In this document: one piece after another, positions 45,196 through 57,195 of the stretch
Layout of the letters: every line of letters starts with the position of its first letter
Numbering within the stretch: the first letter of the stretch is position 1
Virus record (IMG/VR): IMGVR_UViG_3300009130_000005
Span: 32,001-96,000 of that record
DNA: 64,000 bases
DNA from: a virus
Reading direction: 5' to 3' (one strand)
Notes under the pieces: generated by a model
Told to the model about the DNA's origin: nothing
Databases searched by the model: none
Seen by the model: the letters and a program-made list of their open reading frames with translations, nothing else
Translations under genes and position numbers: made by a program

Positions 45196-47876
45196 TAAAA
45201 ATTTCTAACAACTTAGATACAAACAAAAAAAGGATATAGTAAAAAAATGGAAACACAACAAGTAAATGTAGTAGATTCTTCTCTTAGAGAAGCAAATGAC
45301 GCTCAAGTTGATGCGGTATGGGCAATCCTCAAGTATCGGGAAATCGGTATTTATCGTAAGCTCGCATCCATCAGCGAAGTGTTGAATCTTGATTTTGAGG
45401 AAGTTGTTTCTCAATTTCCTAGTGATGAAGAAGGCAGAGTTCTTGACCACAAGACTCGCCACATGATTCACGATACGCTTATTTCTCTTAGCGAGGAATA
45501 ATCAAATGGCAAAGCGGTTGGGTGCAAGGTTGGGGTTTCTTGCCTCATCCGTTTTTGCTTTTATGATTGGTTGGGTTGCCGTATCATGCGTTCTCTTAGG
45601 TTGCTCCATATTGGGCTATTACCGCCTTTGTGGGGTCGCTAGAAACGCTTGGTGCGGAATCCTCCCATATCAACTATGGAGCGAACATAAACCGAGTGAA
45701 TACGAGTCCTATGGTCAACATCTCAAGTTGAGGCTCAAGGCATCATTAAGATTCCTATTCTTTCGAGAAACCTTGTCAGACATTTCATCACAAGATTCTT
45801 TTCAAGTCAGCTTCAAGGATTGCTTCTCAAACCAAGAACAGAATACAGACAGAAATTGCGGTAAAGATGAAAGCGAATACTCTTATTTATATCAAGGTTG
45901 GAAAGAAGGAAATGGCAACGAATGGAAAGTAAGTAAATAGAAATTTTCTTTTCATTATTCATTCATAGAAAATTATTTTATACTTTGAAAGGCGAATATA
46001 ATTCAAAACAATTCAAAATATAATTCTGAATAATTTATTATTATATTATAAAACATATATTTCCTGTTCAAATCCTATAATTTCAAATGCCTACGAGCAA
46101 CCCATTTCAAACAACCAAATAAGAACAAGCATACATACAATACATATATAAGTAATATACAATATATAAGTAAGAAATAAAGGAATATATAATAATCAAC
46201 AAATAAGATAGAATGATGTTTACTAAGTCCACTCCTTTTCTCTTGCGATTAACCCCCACGCAAATTACATTCAAAATTATTTATTATTAGAATTTACCGC
46301 ACTTCACCTTTTATTCTTATTACTTCAAATAAATAGTTGAACTTTGTAATTGATTATACTTTATACAATATATAATAGAATAGAAAGACAAACAATATGA
46401 ACAAAATAAATAAATTATTCAATAATATAAAAAATTTTATAAAATTCGTGGCAAGCCTTGTCGTGGATGTCGTGAGATTTGTAATTGATAGAATCCGAAA
46501 TAAGGAAAACACAAATAAACATCAAGAAGAAAATCTAGCAACTAGAAGAGAAGCACAAATAAATGCAAATAAGCCAAAACCATTTTACCAAGAAAGAAAT
46601 AAACATGGGTTTCCTCAAGATTGCTCCAAAGCAGTTACCAAATAATACCCACGCGAATTGCAAACAAAATTTTATCAAATAAAGTACAAATAATAATGTT
46701 AGACGCAAGTTGGGAATTTTATCTTATCGTTTCGCTTTTGATTGTTGTTGTTCTAGAAGTTCTGACCACTTAATTTTACGCAATTTTTCGTGCGGTTTCG
46801 CCAGGATTCGCCTAAATAAAGGTGTTCCCGCATTTTTTTCTTAAATTTTTTCGATTTTGATTGACTTTCAACCCCCCATCTGTCAGTATAGTACCATGAA
46901 TAATACAGAAATGCTCAAGCAAAACATCGTTGACAAGCGTTTGACGCTCGCAACACTCATGTACAACGCATCTCAAGAGATGACCGAAGAAGAAGTGGAC
47001 GCTATGAAGGCAGATTGCCAAAGACTTCACCTCTTTGCACTCAACGGAGATTTGCAAGGTGCATTGGACGGAACACAACAACTCATCGACCAAATCCAAG
47101 ACAGGTTCAACAATGAGCGATAACTTTTGGGAAAATATGGAAAGTGTCTCTCAAGTAATGGAAGACCTAGAGAATGAACATAAAAGATTTTTTAGTATAG
47201 ATGAAGAAATTGAACTTCTTAATTATAAAGAAAATTTTGTAAAGTCATGTTTATTTTGGAATGATGCAAATAATGTATCCGATGAAGAAAAGATGTCTCG
47301 TATAAGATGGGAATATAATAATATGTTTGATAATCTTGTAAAATTGATTGATAATAATGTAGAAGAATGGGAAAAAAATTGCGATAATAATAGAAATGAC
47401 GACTACGACATCGAAATCTACGACGAAGACGAAAAAGAAGAGTTCTGAGGAAGGCTCGACCTTAATAAAGGCACTTGAGTCTACTTACGCATGGCAATAT
47501 ATCTGCGACAACAAATTCGGAAAGGAAAACATTCAAATATTAGACTACTCACCGCCAAATAAAAAGGATGTTGAGTGGCTAAGAAAGCAGGGGTACAATG
47601 CAGATGCCTACTCCCCAAATAAAGACCCGAAGCCCAAGCAGAAGTACGACATAGTTATAAGCAAATATTTATTGAATAAAATTGATAACGATACTGAACG
47701 AAATAATGTATTATATAATATAGGCAATTTGACTACTGGTGATGGTTCTATGTTCTTAGTATCAAGTAAAAGAAAAGAAAAAAAGCTAAGTGATTATTGT
47801 ATTTTTTCAAATAAACATTTTTCAATCTATTTCATTTAGGGATTGAAGATAGTTTTACCAAATAATGTGTGTGATT

Positions 47877-47953
47877 GCGGGAGTAGCTCAGTTGGATAGA
47901 GCATCTGCCTTCTAAGCAGAGGGTCGTGAGTTCGAGTCTCACCTCCCGTGCCA
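47877..47953 (+). tRNA. tRNA-Arg(UCU)
   Basis: Cloverleaf, anticodon TCT, encoded CCA. Confidence 0.93.
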
Positions 47954-48996
47954 AAAATTCTCTTAAATTTTGTGAAAAAATGTGTTGACAAACGGGGTAG
48001 AATATGAGATACTATATAAACAATGGGGAAAGAAGCCGATAGAGAAAGAGCCATAATGCGAGAAGTAATCAAGCTCCACAAGAAAATTGATTATCTTACA
48101 GACCAAGTAATGGAGCGACTAGACAAAATGACAGGCGAACAAGCCCAAAAAGATTTTCCGTTTGCACCTACGCCTGACGAAGGTATAAAATCAATAAGAA
48201 TAAAAGGAAGAAACAATGAGTAAATCCGCAACTTGCAGTCGCAATAGTAACATCCAACGCAATATCGAGAATGGACATTACATCCATAACTCTCGATTCC
48301 GTAACTACGGAGAACTTCCCGAAGACCGCCCAAGTTGGGACTTTCGGGTAAAGCGTCACGGACAAGCACTTGCCAAACTAGAACAAGCAGAAAGAAAGAT
48401 TCGTAAACATGGATAATTCAACACAAAAATATGTGGAGTTTGATAAGCTCCAATGGGTATGTAATAAGCCTTTGCCAAGTGTCGGCACAGAGGTAAATGT
48501 CACTATCAATGGCATTGGTCGTTCGGTAGTAGAAAAGTATTTCGTGGAACACGGATTCATTGGACTTATTGTTCAGCCACAAAATCCACCGACTTGGTAT
48601 CGAGAGCAAAATAAGTCTACGAAGGATTCGGCACTTTATGATTGGACTCATTGCCATGTATTTCCTGCGGAAGTCTCCGAGCTTCAAGTTCGGAATAATG
48701 ATGGGAAAGCAGACGAAGAGTTCTACAAAAAGGTACTTCACCCTGCATGATTGATTCAGAAAACTTTTATCTTGTCAAGCAGATTGCTGACCTTCTTGAA
48801 AAGAAACTTGATCTCAAGGTTAAGGATCACGGAATGTGGAGAATACAATGTCTCATACATGATATGATTGAAGAGAAAGAACATATAACAAATAATAAGG
48901 AGAAAGAGAAAATTCATTTAGCGTAATATAATAACAATAAACAAAATCTTTGTAAATAAGCGGTTGGCGTAAGTCCTTCGAGCGGAGGGGTTTGCA

Positions 48997-49015
48997 AAAA
49001 TCGCCCGCCGATTTT
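48997..49015 (+). repeat. Dispersed palindromic element copy R1
   Basis: AAAATCG-CCCGC-CGATTTT. Confidence 0.85.
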
Positions 49016-49668
49016 CTTGAGTTTGTCAAGCTAAATGATTGATAAACTTGTTTGTGAATCATATTTGCGTTTTTTGATTCACAAACGCTAAAAAACTTTT
49101 TTCAATTTCACAAAGAAAAAGGTTGACTTCACCCCAAAACCTGTCATACTAGGTACTATGAATTACGCACAAGAACAACTAGAATACCTTGAGTGGAAGG
49201 CTCAAGCCGAACAAGAAAAACGATATCACCCATGCGACATTAGCGAGGGAGTCTATGCTCTAGTGGATGATGATAGTCCTAGCGAATCGCCAATGTTTTT
49301 CCTTACATTGGAAGGAGCATCAACTTATGCAGAGGGAAGTTACCCTTATTGCAATGGCAATTGGTCGGTATATAGAATTGGTCAAAAGGTAATGTAACTT
49401 TTTCCTTGACAAAGCACCGATAATTTGAGAGAATATATACTATGACACAAAGAAATGCACACATCGACACTCCCGAACAAATTGACGCTTTCAGAGCAAG
49501 AGTATTGTTGAGGGGATTGAAACTAGAAACGCTAGGAATGACTAAACGAGGAGCATCTTGTTATTCCATTATCAAGCAAGAGTATGGGCTGAAGGGCAGT
49601 AAGCAAAAAGTTTACGAGAACTTCAAGAAAATCCTTGACATGAGATAGATAATTTGAGAGAATACACT

Positions 49669-50874
49669 ATGCAAAAACTAGAAAAGCTATACAAGATAGA
49701 CTCGCTTGGGAAACTGAGAGAGTGGACAATGGTTATTGACGGAGACTCATTTCACGCAGAGAAGGGTTTAGTTGGAGGTAAAATCGTATGCGATAAGCCA
49801 ACGACTGCAATCGGCAAGAACGAAGGTAAGGTCAACGAGACTACCAACGAAGAACAAGCATTGCTTGAGGCTCAAGCAAGATGGGACAAGAAACTCAAGG
49901 AAGGTTATGCTCTCACTCCAAAGGAAGCAGAAACCATGAGTTATTACGAACCCATGCTTGCACAAAAGTTTGAAGATAGAGAGAAAGAGATTCAGTCTGT
50001 ATTTGACAATGAAGGCAAAGTCTTTTCTCAAGCCAAACTAGATGGCATCCGTTGCATCATTCGCATGGAAGATGGAGAGATAGTTGCTCGTACTCGCAAG
50101 GGTAGGACTATCGACACAATCCCTCATGTGATTGAGGAACTGAGCGTGTTCTTTGACTGCAACGAAGATGCGATACTAGATGGTGAGTTGTACAATCACG
50201 ACTTGAAGCACGACTTCAACAAGATTGTTTCTCTTGTACGCAAAAAGACTCCCGAAATGACCAAAGGTGATTCGGAAAAAAGTTTTGCAAGAAAAGAAGC
50301 AAAGTATGCTGACGCATTGCAAGAGTCTAAGGGTTTGATTCAGTATTGGGTTTATGATTGCCCAAAGTTGTCAGATGCTTACGATGAGTCAATCGCCTTC
50401 TCCGCTAGAAACTTTATGCTACAAGGAGAGTTCACGGATGTAGTGGATGGGAACTCTGTCAAACTCGTACAGACAGATGAGTCACAATCGTTTGATGAAC
50501 TTGACGAAAAGTATTCAGAGTATATGCAAGATGGTTACGAAGGGCAAATGGTTCGCATCGACTCTCCATATGAGAGCAAGCGTTCAAAGTCTTTGCTCAA
50601 GCGTAAAGAGTTCCAAGATGCAGAATACAAGGTAATTGACATTGAAGAAGGTAATGGCAATCGTAGTGGTACTGCAAAGCATTTGGTGTGCTATTGCGAG
50701 GAAACTGACCAAACCTTCAACTCAAATGTCAAGGGCAACTTTGACTATCTTGCAGAAATCTTAGAGAACAGAGAATACTATATTGGCAAACTTGCCACAA
50801 TCAAGTTCTTTGAGCTTACACCTGATGGAGTGCCTCGCTTTCCTTATGCGATAGCATTTCGAGACTACGAATAA
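49669..50874 (+). CDS. ATP-dependent DNA ligase
   Basis: PMLA, KLDG, LDGELY, EGQMVR, KRS..LLKRK, PRFP. Probable start ATG 49669 just after the -10 element. Confidence 0.92.
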   Translation: MQKLEKLYKIDSLGKLREWTMVIDGDSFHAEKGLVGGKIVCDKPTTAIGKNEGKVNETTNEEQALLEAQARWDKKLKEGYALTPKEAETMSYYEPMLAQKFEDREKEIQSVFDNEGKVFSQAKLDGIRCIIRMEDGEIVARTRKGRTIDTIPHVIEELSVFFDCNEDAILDGELYNHDLKHDFNKIVSLVRKKTPEMTKGDSEKSFARKEAKYADALQESKGLIQYWVYDCPKLSDAYDESIAFSARNFMLQGEFTDVVDGNSVKLVQTDESQSFDELDEKYSEYMQDGYEGQMVRIDSPYESKRSKSLLKRKEFQDAEYKVIDIEEGNGNRSGTAKHLVCYCEETDQTFNSNVKGNFDYLAEILENREYYIGKLATIKFFELTPDGVPRFPYAIAFRDYE

Positions 50875-50895
50875 ACCACAAACATATTGCGAAAA

Positions 50896-51489
50896 ATGAT
50901 TGACCCAAAAAAAGTTACAGACTACAACAGAAACGAATGGCAACTGCAAGAGTTCCTTATCTACTGCGTATGCGTTGCAGGTAAGAAGAGTGAAATTGAA
51001 TCACCAAAGGTTCGCAAGTTTTGCATGGATGCAAGATTTGGATTTGGACTAACTCCATTTGAGCTTATACGCAAACTGCTTTCAGTCTCTTCTGTAGAAG
51101 AAGATGGTTTGATGCAACATCTCAAGAAGTATAAGATTGCACCATATCAGCAACGCTATAATAGCTTCAAGGATATTGCAACCTTACTTGACGGAGATTT
51201 GCGTGAGGTTACAATTGATCAGTTGCAAGAGGTTCGTGGGATCAGCACGAAGACTAGCAGATTCTTTCTTACTCACTCAAGAGAGGATTTCGATGAACCT
51301 GTACTTGATACGCATATTTTGCGATTCCTTACTGACTTTGGATACAAAGATGTTCCGCAGTCAACCCCTCAGAACCCAAAGGTTTACGAAAAGTTTTCCA
51401 AGATATTCAGAAGTATTGCTAGATTTGAGGGTAAAAGCGTTACCGACTTTGATCTAGAGGTATGGACTAAGTATTCCTACGGAAATTGA
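50896..51489 (+). CDS. HhH DNA glycosylase-like protein (Ogg/HhH-GPD superfamily)
   Basis: VRGISTKTSRFFL (HhH with Lys), VLDTHILRFL, DLEVW. Confidence 0.6.
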   Translation: MIDPKKVTDYNRNEWQLQEFLIYCVCVAGKKSEIESPKVRKFCMDARFGFGLTPFELIRKLLSVSSVEEDGLMQHLKKYKIAPYQQRYNSFKDIATLLDGDLREVTIDQLQEVRGISTKTSRFFLTHSREDFDEPVLDTHILRFLTDFGYKDVPQSTPQNPKVYEKFSKIFRSIARFEGKSVTDFDLEVWTKYSYGN

Positions 51490-51524
51490 TTGACAAAGAC
51501 AACAACTTCAACTACTATATTATT

Positions 51525-52253
51525 ATGCAAACATTACAGAAAGCGAAAAAAGATAATTCACGCATTGCTCGTCATGCTGACATCATAGTAACCTCTGATA
51601 GGTACAAACGAGTAGACAACTTCTTCAGCAACCTATCGCTAGGAGTCGTCAAGAAAGAAGAGGCTTATTGGGACGAGCTTACCATCCGTGACGATGCAGA
51701 GTATTTCGCTCGTTGGGTCTTTGGTATAATGAGCGTTCATACTACATGGGAGAGCAATGTGCGAGGTTATAATCTCGCCATGCAAGACTTGTCTTGGACA
51801 ACCTCTAAGGATAGACTAGAGCAGATGGTCATTGATGCAAAGGTTGGAATGTACGAAAGACGCAACAAGGGCTTATGGCAACTTGTTGACAAGTTCCGTG
51901 AAGACCCAAAGCAGTTCTACAAGAAAGAAGATGAAACTTGGCAAGAGTGCAGAAATCGTCTTATAGGTAGCATTTATGGTTTGGCTAACGCAAAGACAAC
52001 TTACTCTATTGCGTTGGCATTCCCTACTGAAGCTCGTCTATGTTGCCTAGATGTCCATTTGCTACGCTTTATGGGGCATGACCTCAAAAAGGGTCACGCA
52101 AGCAATCTGAAGGTCTACGAGGAGATGGAGAACGAGTGGCTAGAGCGTTGCGACAAGTATGATGTCTCACCCAATGTTGCAAGAGAAATCTATTGGAATA
52201 AAGTCCAAAACAGAAGAAACTCTCGCTATTGGTCTTATTGCTTAGAGCGATAA
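51525..52253 (+). CDS. Second HhH DNA glycosylase-like protein
   Basis: IYGLANAK, CLDVHLLRF, Y..ME..W. Confidence 0.55.
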   Translation: MQTLQKAKKDNSRIARHADIIVTSDRYKRVDNFFSNLSLGVVKKEEAYWDELTIRDDAEYFARWVFGIMSVHTTWESNVRGYNLAMQDLSWTTSKDRLEQMVIDAKVGMYERRNKGLWQLVDKFREDPKQFYKKEDETWQECRNRLIGSIYGLANAKTTYSIALAFPTEARLCCLDVHLLRFMGHDLKKGHASNLKVYEEMENEWLERCDKYDVSPNVAREIYWNKVQNRRNSRYWSYCLER

Positions 52254-52811
52254 CAAGAAAGGATATTATCATGGGTATACATCAAAACGCTCCAAATCTT
52301 AACGCATTGATGGAAGAGGGAGAACTTCCCGATGATGCGATATATTATCCTGAATATGACAAGGCAATCCTTGGATTCACGACAAAAGGTCAAATCGTAT
52401 ACGATGTAGACGCTTGTGTGCAATGCTTAGTCGATGACCAAGACATGGGTTACGAGGAGGCTACCGAATATTTTTGGTTCAATACGGAAGGTGCTTACTT
52501 TGGTGACAAAACACCAATTTTCCTAAACCAAAGGGCGCAACATAATGGATAATATTGTTATGTTTTTCTTTTATGTTTTTATTGCCTATTTACTTTTCCT
52601 TCAATACCGATAGAATAAGATGTGAACAAAAGTGAAATAGAGGAATACTTCGAAGCTATCAATTGGTTTGAAAAGCTGCAAAAGGATGAAGTAGAAATAG
52701 AGCAAATAGTCCAAGAGATGTTCCGACTATTCCCCTATACAAGCACAAAGTTATTGCACCAAGGTTTCTTTATGGCGATTGTCTCAATGAACTGATTATC
52801 AGCGATTTGGG

Positions 52812-52830
52812 AAAATCGCCCCACGATTTT
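52812..52830 (+). repeat. Dispersed palindromic element copy R2
   Basis: AAAATCG-CCCCA-CGATTTT. Confidence 0.85.
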
Positions 52831-52939
52831 TTTAAAGCCACATAAATCCTTCATTGTCAACAGTTTTCGTAAGAAAAAAACTTTAGTTTTATGCAATTTA
52901 GGGGTTGACTTCACAAGCTTTTCTGTCATACTATATATT

Positions 52940-53338
52940 ATGAAACGCACTAAGAATGACAAGAAGTATGATCTCGACTTTGACCGCAAAGTCTTTGTCT
53001 ATAAAAACTTGCACAAGGGTTGTTGGAGCATCAAGCAAGATGGTCTTGTTAAGGCTCACGCAACGGAGTTGACCCTTTATGGATGTAATATGTATGTGAA
53101 CCGCAAAGGTAGGCAAAGAGTATTGAGGGAAAAAAGAAAGAATGTTCATGCAGGAATCAAAGGCTACCTCAGGGATGCAGAGCTTGAGCGTGTTTGGGGC
53201 GACTTGCCCGAAGATCAGTTTGACGAGATAACATACAATCCTTACAAGTATTCCTCATTCGTTCACACTAAGGATGAGTCTCCTCGTTGGTTTGGGATTA
53301 TCGCAAAACTTGAAGAAAAAAGAGTACTTATTGCTTGA
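52940..53338 (+). CDS. Conserved phage hypothetical protein
   Basis: VYKNLH...WS...RKNVHA...YNPY pattern. Confidence 0.6.
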   Translation: MKRTKNDKKYDLDFDRKVFVYKNLHKGCWSIKQDGLVKAHATELTLYGCNMYVNRKGRQRVLREKRKNVHAGIKGYLRDAELERVWGDLPEDQFDEITYNPYKYSSFVHTKDESPRWFGIIAKLEEKRVLIA

Positions 53339-53363
53339 CAAAACGCATAAACCCAACTAGACT
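53335..53363 (+). promoter_or_regulatory. Representative sigma70-like leaderless promoter overlapping the upstream stop codon
   Basis: TTGACA (contains the TGA stop)-N17-TAGACT-N6-ATG. Confidence 0.75.
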
Positions 53364-53625
53364 ACTATAATGAAACACAAACTAAGCCGAGAAGACCTTG
53401 AGGTAATCTTTGATGTCCTCAATGTTTATGACCCAAACGACATAAGCCATGTCTACCCCGAAATGGGAGAAAGCGAATTCACTACGCAAGTTGAAAAAAC
53501 TTGGAAGAAAGTCTTGAGTATGCTAGACTATGACCCAACCATTTCATGGGATTATACTCTTGGGAAGCCCGATCCGTTCTGCGAAAATGCTTGACAATCA
53601 CGACCAAAACTGAGAGAATATAACC

Positions 53626-54027
53626 ATGAAAACACTATATATCGTAAGAGGACTTCCAGGAAGTGGCAAGTCTAGCCTAGCAAAGAAAGTCACGGAGTTA
53701 GTATACTCTGCTGACGATTTCTTCACCAACAAGAAGGGTGAATACAATTTCAACGCCAAACTACTCGGCAAAGCACATGAGTGGTGTTGGGGCAAAGTAA
53801 GAGATGCAATGTTCATTGGAGCAAATGCAGTTGCCGTTGCCAATACCTTCACTCAAGCATGGGAGGCAGAAAAGTATTATCAGATTGCAGAGGAATACGG
53901 ATACTCTGTCTTTGTAATTGAATGTCAAAATGACTTCGGTAATGTCCATGATGTACCACAAGAAAGTATTGATGCAATGAGAGAAAGATGGGAAAAAGAC
54001 TTGACTCCTGTCGCCAATCTGTCATAA
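53626..54027 (+). CDS. P-loop kinase (AAA_33 / N4BP2-like polynucleotide kinase)
   Basis: RGLPGSGKS, SADDFF, AH.WC, NTF...WE, NVH.VP. Confidence 0.75.
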   Translation: MKTLYIVRGLPGSGKSSLAKKVTELVYSADDFFTNKKGEYNFNAKLLGKAHEWCWGKVRDAMFIGANAVAVANTFTQAWEAEKYYQIAEEYGYSVFVIECQNDFGNVHDVPQESIDAMRERWEKDLTPVANLS

Positions 54028-54059
54028 TTGAACACATAACACTAACAAAAGGATATATT

Positions 54060-54476
54060 ATGGGATTAGACCAATATGCATACGCAACCCCTAAAGGGAC
54101 AGAAGAACAAGAAGAACTCGCTTATTGGAGGAAGCACAATCGACTCCAAGGATGGATGGAGCAACTTTGGGAAGACAAAGGTAGACCATTCGATGGAGAG
54201 AAAGATGAAGGAAACCCAATGGGTGATTTCAACTGCGTTCCTGTTGAACTTACTTTGTCAGACCTTGAACAACTTGAGGCTCATGTAGAAAACAAAGCAT
54301 TGCCCGAAACAGGTGGGTTCTTCTTTGGTAGCGACTCCTTTGGTTGGACAACTGAAGATGGCGAAGAGTATGGAGAGAATGATTATCATTACAAAGAAGA
54401 TGACCTCCAATTCATCGAAAAAGCTCGTAAAGCTATCGAAGAAGGCAAGAAGGTATTCTACAACTGCTGGTGGTAA
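54060..54476 (+). CDS. Conserved phage hypothetical protein
   Basis: MGLDQY...YWRK.N...GFFFG...Y.CWW. Confidence 0.6.
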   Translation: MGLDQYAYATPKGTEEQEELAYWRKHNRLQGWMEQLWEDKGRPFDGEKDEGNPMGDFNCVPVELTLSDLEQLEAHVENKALPETGGFFFGSDSFGWTTEDGEEYGENDYHYKEDDLQFIEKARKAIEEGKKVFYNCWW

Positions 54477-55818
54477 GATGCAAGTATTGAAACAAATTAT
54501 TGAACATTGGGGTTTTGTTGACTCTCAACAATTACCCGAACTAGCAAAGCATTTTCCCGATACTCCGCTTGTTATCAAATGGGGAGCAATGCCAAGAGAG
54601 CAAATCGTTGCATCAAAAGTTGCTGAACGCATCAAAGAGGTTGAGCAATGGAATCAAGACTATGTTCGTGAGGTTTTTATTTGCTCTGAACAATTTCGCA
54701 AGCTCAAAGAAGTTTTTGGGTTGACAGATGCCTCCTAATCTGAGAGAATACTATAATGCAAACAATAGATATCACACCAACTTGGGAGGCTTGCGTCAAG
54801 ATATACATGGCAGTCCTTGAAAATGAAAACGCATCCTTCACAGGAAAAAGAGAAGCGAGAGCAGAACTCATTCGCCTAGCAAAGATAGTAGACAATCAGA
54901 ACGATAAGGCAAAACAAAAGGAGGAAAACTTTCACCCCGATACAAAAGATAACAACCGATACAACAACGCAGATGTTGATGTAGATATGCTAAACCAAAT
55001 GTACAACCAAACTATATAATCATGGGCAAAAAAGCTAGAGAAAAAGGAATACCTAACGCAGAAACGCATAAAGCTCTGCACACAATCGCAAAGAAGTCTT
55101 CTCACGGAGGCAACAAACCATTGGTAGAATCTTTGACTAATCCTAATGTGATGGTCACGCAAAAGGTTCGCAAGGCACAAGAAAGAAGGAGGGCAGTATA
55201 ATGGGAGAATGGGATTCATATATTGATGCAGTTGTCGCAGTAGACGAACTTGGCACTTTACCTCCTTTGGAGTCTGAACCCGAATACGATGCGGATTCTG
55301 ACACATGGGCTTTACACTTTGAATACGAAGACCCTATGATGGGCGGTAACGATATGGTGACCTTGCACTTCGATAAAGAAGAGGATGCAATCTTTACTGC
55401 AAACAAAATTGTAAGCGATAGGCATATCGCAATGTTGGAACTAGAAAGAAAGAAAGCTGAAAAAGTCCTTGACAAACAAGGCTAATTGTGGCATACTATA
55501 TATTATGAAACTGAAAAAGAAAAAGACAAAACTCGAAAACACTATCACTAACCTTCTTGCGCGTGGCACAGCCATTGCAAGTTTTGACTACAACGGAGTT
55601 TCTCGTAATGTAATCATTGGGGCAAACGCATCGTCCCAAGGAGACAGGCAATGGGGGCAAATGTCCAACAAGGCTATTGTTGAACACAAGGGAAAGAAGT
55701 ATCTTTCTGCTCGTGTCAATAACGACATTGGTCATGTCAAGGCATTCTCCCTCGACAAAATTTCCAATTTTCAAGTTGATGGTTCTGTAGTGTAACCGTT
55801 GGTTAGTGGTGTGTTCAT

Positions 55819-55850
55819 ACGGAGGGTCCATTCGGGCCCTCCGTTTTTTT
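55819..55850 (+). terminator. Rho-independent terminator
   Basis: ACGGAGGGTCC-ATTC-GGGCCCTCCGT followed by a T run. Confidence 0.8.
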
Positions 55851-55902
55851 GTATCCCTGCAAATAGGCAGTCATAAGTATTTGCTCTATCGGGGGTTACG
55901 AA

Positions 55903-55921
55903 AAAATCGCCCGCCGATTTC
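55903..55921 (+). repeat. Dispersed palindromic element copy R3
   Basis: AAAATCG-CCCGC-CGATTTC followed by GTGCCAA. Confidence 0.85.
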
Positions 55922-56031
55922 GTGCCAATTTCACAAGTATCTAATGGGTAGGCAGATAGGCTCACAAAAAAAAACACCCGATTAAGCTTTTTTTTCTTGC
56001 AATTACCTCAGATTCTGTCATACTTATAGTT

Positions 56032-56157
56032 ATGAAAGTGAGAGAGATAAAGATAAGAAAGACCATTCTTTTCACCAAGTCTCGCCCACACAAGGTAAAG
56101 AAGAACACACTACATCGCAAACGCAAACACAAGGAGAACCTAAATCATGTATCTTAA
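56032..56157 (+). CDS. Small basic ArfA-like peptide (not in ORF track)
   Basis: MKVREIKIRKTILFTKSRPHKVKKNTLHRKRKHKENLNHVS; own promoter. Confidence 0.5.
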   Translation: MKVREIKIRKTILFTKSRPHKVKKNTLHRKRKHKENLNHVS

Positions 56158-56442
56158 CGAAGAATATAACGAAAACGAAATCACTACCGCACTTGACGCA
56201 AACGAGCAAGCTATGGACTTGGTTTATGAGTTCGCAATCGCTCCAATGGAGAAAGAAATGACAGAAGAACAAGCCTACGCAATCGCTATTGCAGGTGCAA
56301 CCTTGAAGACCATTGCCCAAAAAGCATACGCTTACGAAAAAATGCAAAAAGGTCAAAATTTGCAAAATTAGGGGTTGACAAACGCACGAATTTTTGAGAT
56401 AATTATAACCATAATCAAGATAATCCAACACGAAAAAAAATT

Positions 56443-57195
56443 ATGAATAGACTAAACCTAAACATCTGCGGTGGCGAACATACTAAAGTGGGCTTCGATG
56501 AAGTCTGTGCAGTAGAGACTCCGCAAGCTACTGAAACTTGGCGACCAATCAGCCATAGCTACCTCATCGACAGGGTTCGCACCCATCTTGATGACAATGG
56601 CTACGAGATTGTCGCTGAAAACCACAACCTCGCTCGTTTCGGGCAACGCTACTTTGGATTGTTCCAAGTAAACAACAAGGACAGAGAGCAAGGCGATAGA
56701 GGCACTATCCTCGGACTTCGCAATGCTCACGACAAGTGCTTTCCTGCAGGACTTTGTGCAGGTGACGCTCCTTTCGTTTGCGACAACCTTGTTTTTCACA
56801 ATGAGATTGTCCTTGCTCGTAGGCATACCAAGAACATTATGACTGACCTTCCGCAAGTCATCGCTCGTACCATCGGCAAGTTGTCGGGTATGTGGAACAC
56901 TCAAGACAAGCGGATTGAGTCCTACAAGGACTATGATGTCACCAATGCTCAAGCAAATGACCTTGTCATCCGTGCTTACCAAGCAGGAGCAATCAGCAAG
57001 GCAAAGATTGCTGATGTCGTTGAGCAATGGGAAACTCCCGAACACCCCGAATTCAAGGATAGGAACATGAACTCCTTGTACAATGGGTTTACGGCAGTTC
57101 TCCGTGGCGGTGTCATGCAGTTGCCAAAGCGTTCTGACGCTCTGCACTCTGTTCTTGACTCTGAAGTCGGACTGACTCTCGCAACCAAATCTTAA
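56443..57195 (+). CDS. DUF932/DUF945-family protein
   Basis: T.TW.PISH, FG, GLRN.HDK, FVCDNL, RRHT, LYN.FT. Confidence 0.7.
   Translation: MNRLNLNICGGEHTKVGFDEVCAVETPQATETWRPISHSYLIDRVRTHLDDNGYEIVAENHNLARFGQRYFGLFQVNNKDREQGDRGTILGLRNAHDKCFPAGLCAGDAPFVCDNLVFHNEIVLARRHTKNIMTDLPQVIARTIGKLSGMWNTQDKRIESYKDYDVTNAQANDLVIRAYQAGAISKAKIADVVEQWETPEHPEFKDRNMNSLYNGFTAVLRGGVMQLPKRSDALHSVLDSEVGLTLATKS

Noticed and set aside
47396-47839. Methyltransferase call
   Set aside because: Only partial SAM-binding-like motifs (ILDY, YDIV...Y.LN) and no Gly-rich loop; too weak to call.
49050-49086. 12-bp inverted repeat GTTTGTGAATCA...TGATTCACAAAC as a CRP site
   Set aside because: TGTGA/TCACA spacing is far larger than the 6 bp required; single occurrence.
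56458-57147. 229-aa minus-strand ORF and many similar antisense ORFs
   Set aside because: Shadow frames of well-supported plus-strand genes, with no promoter or motif of their own.
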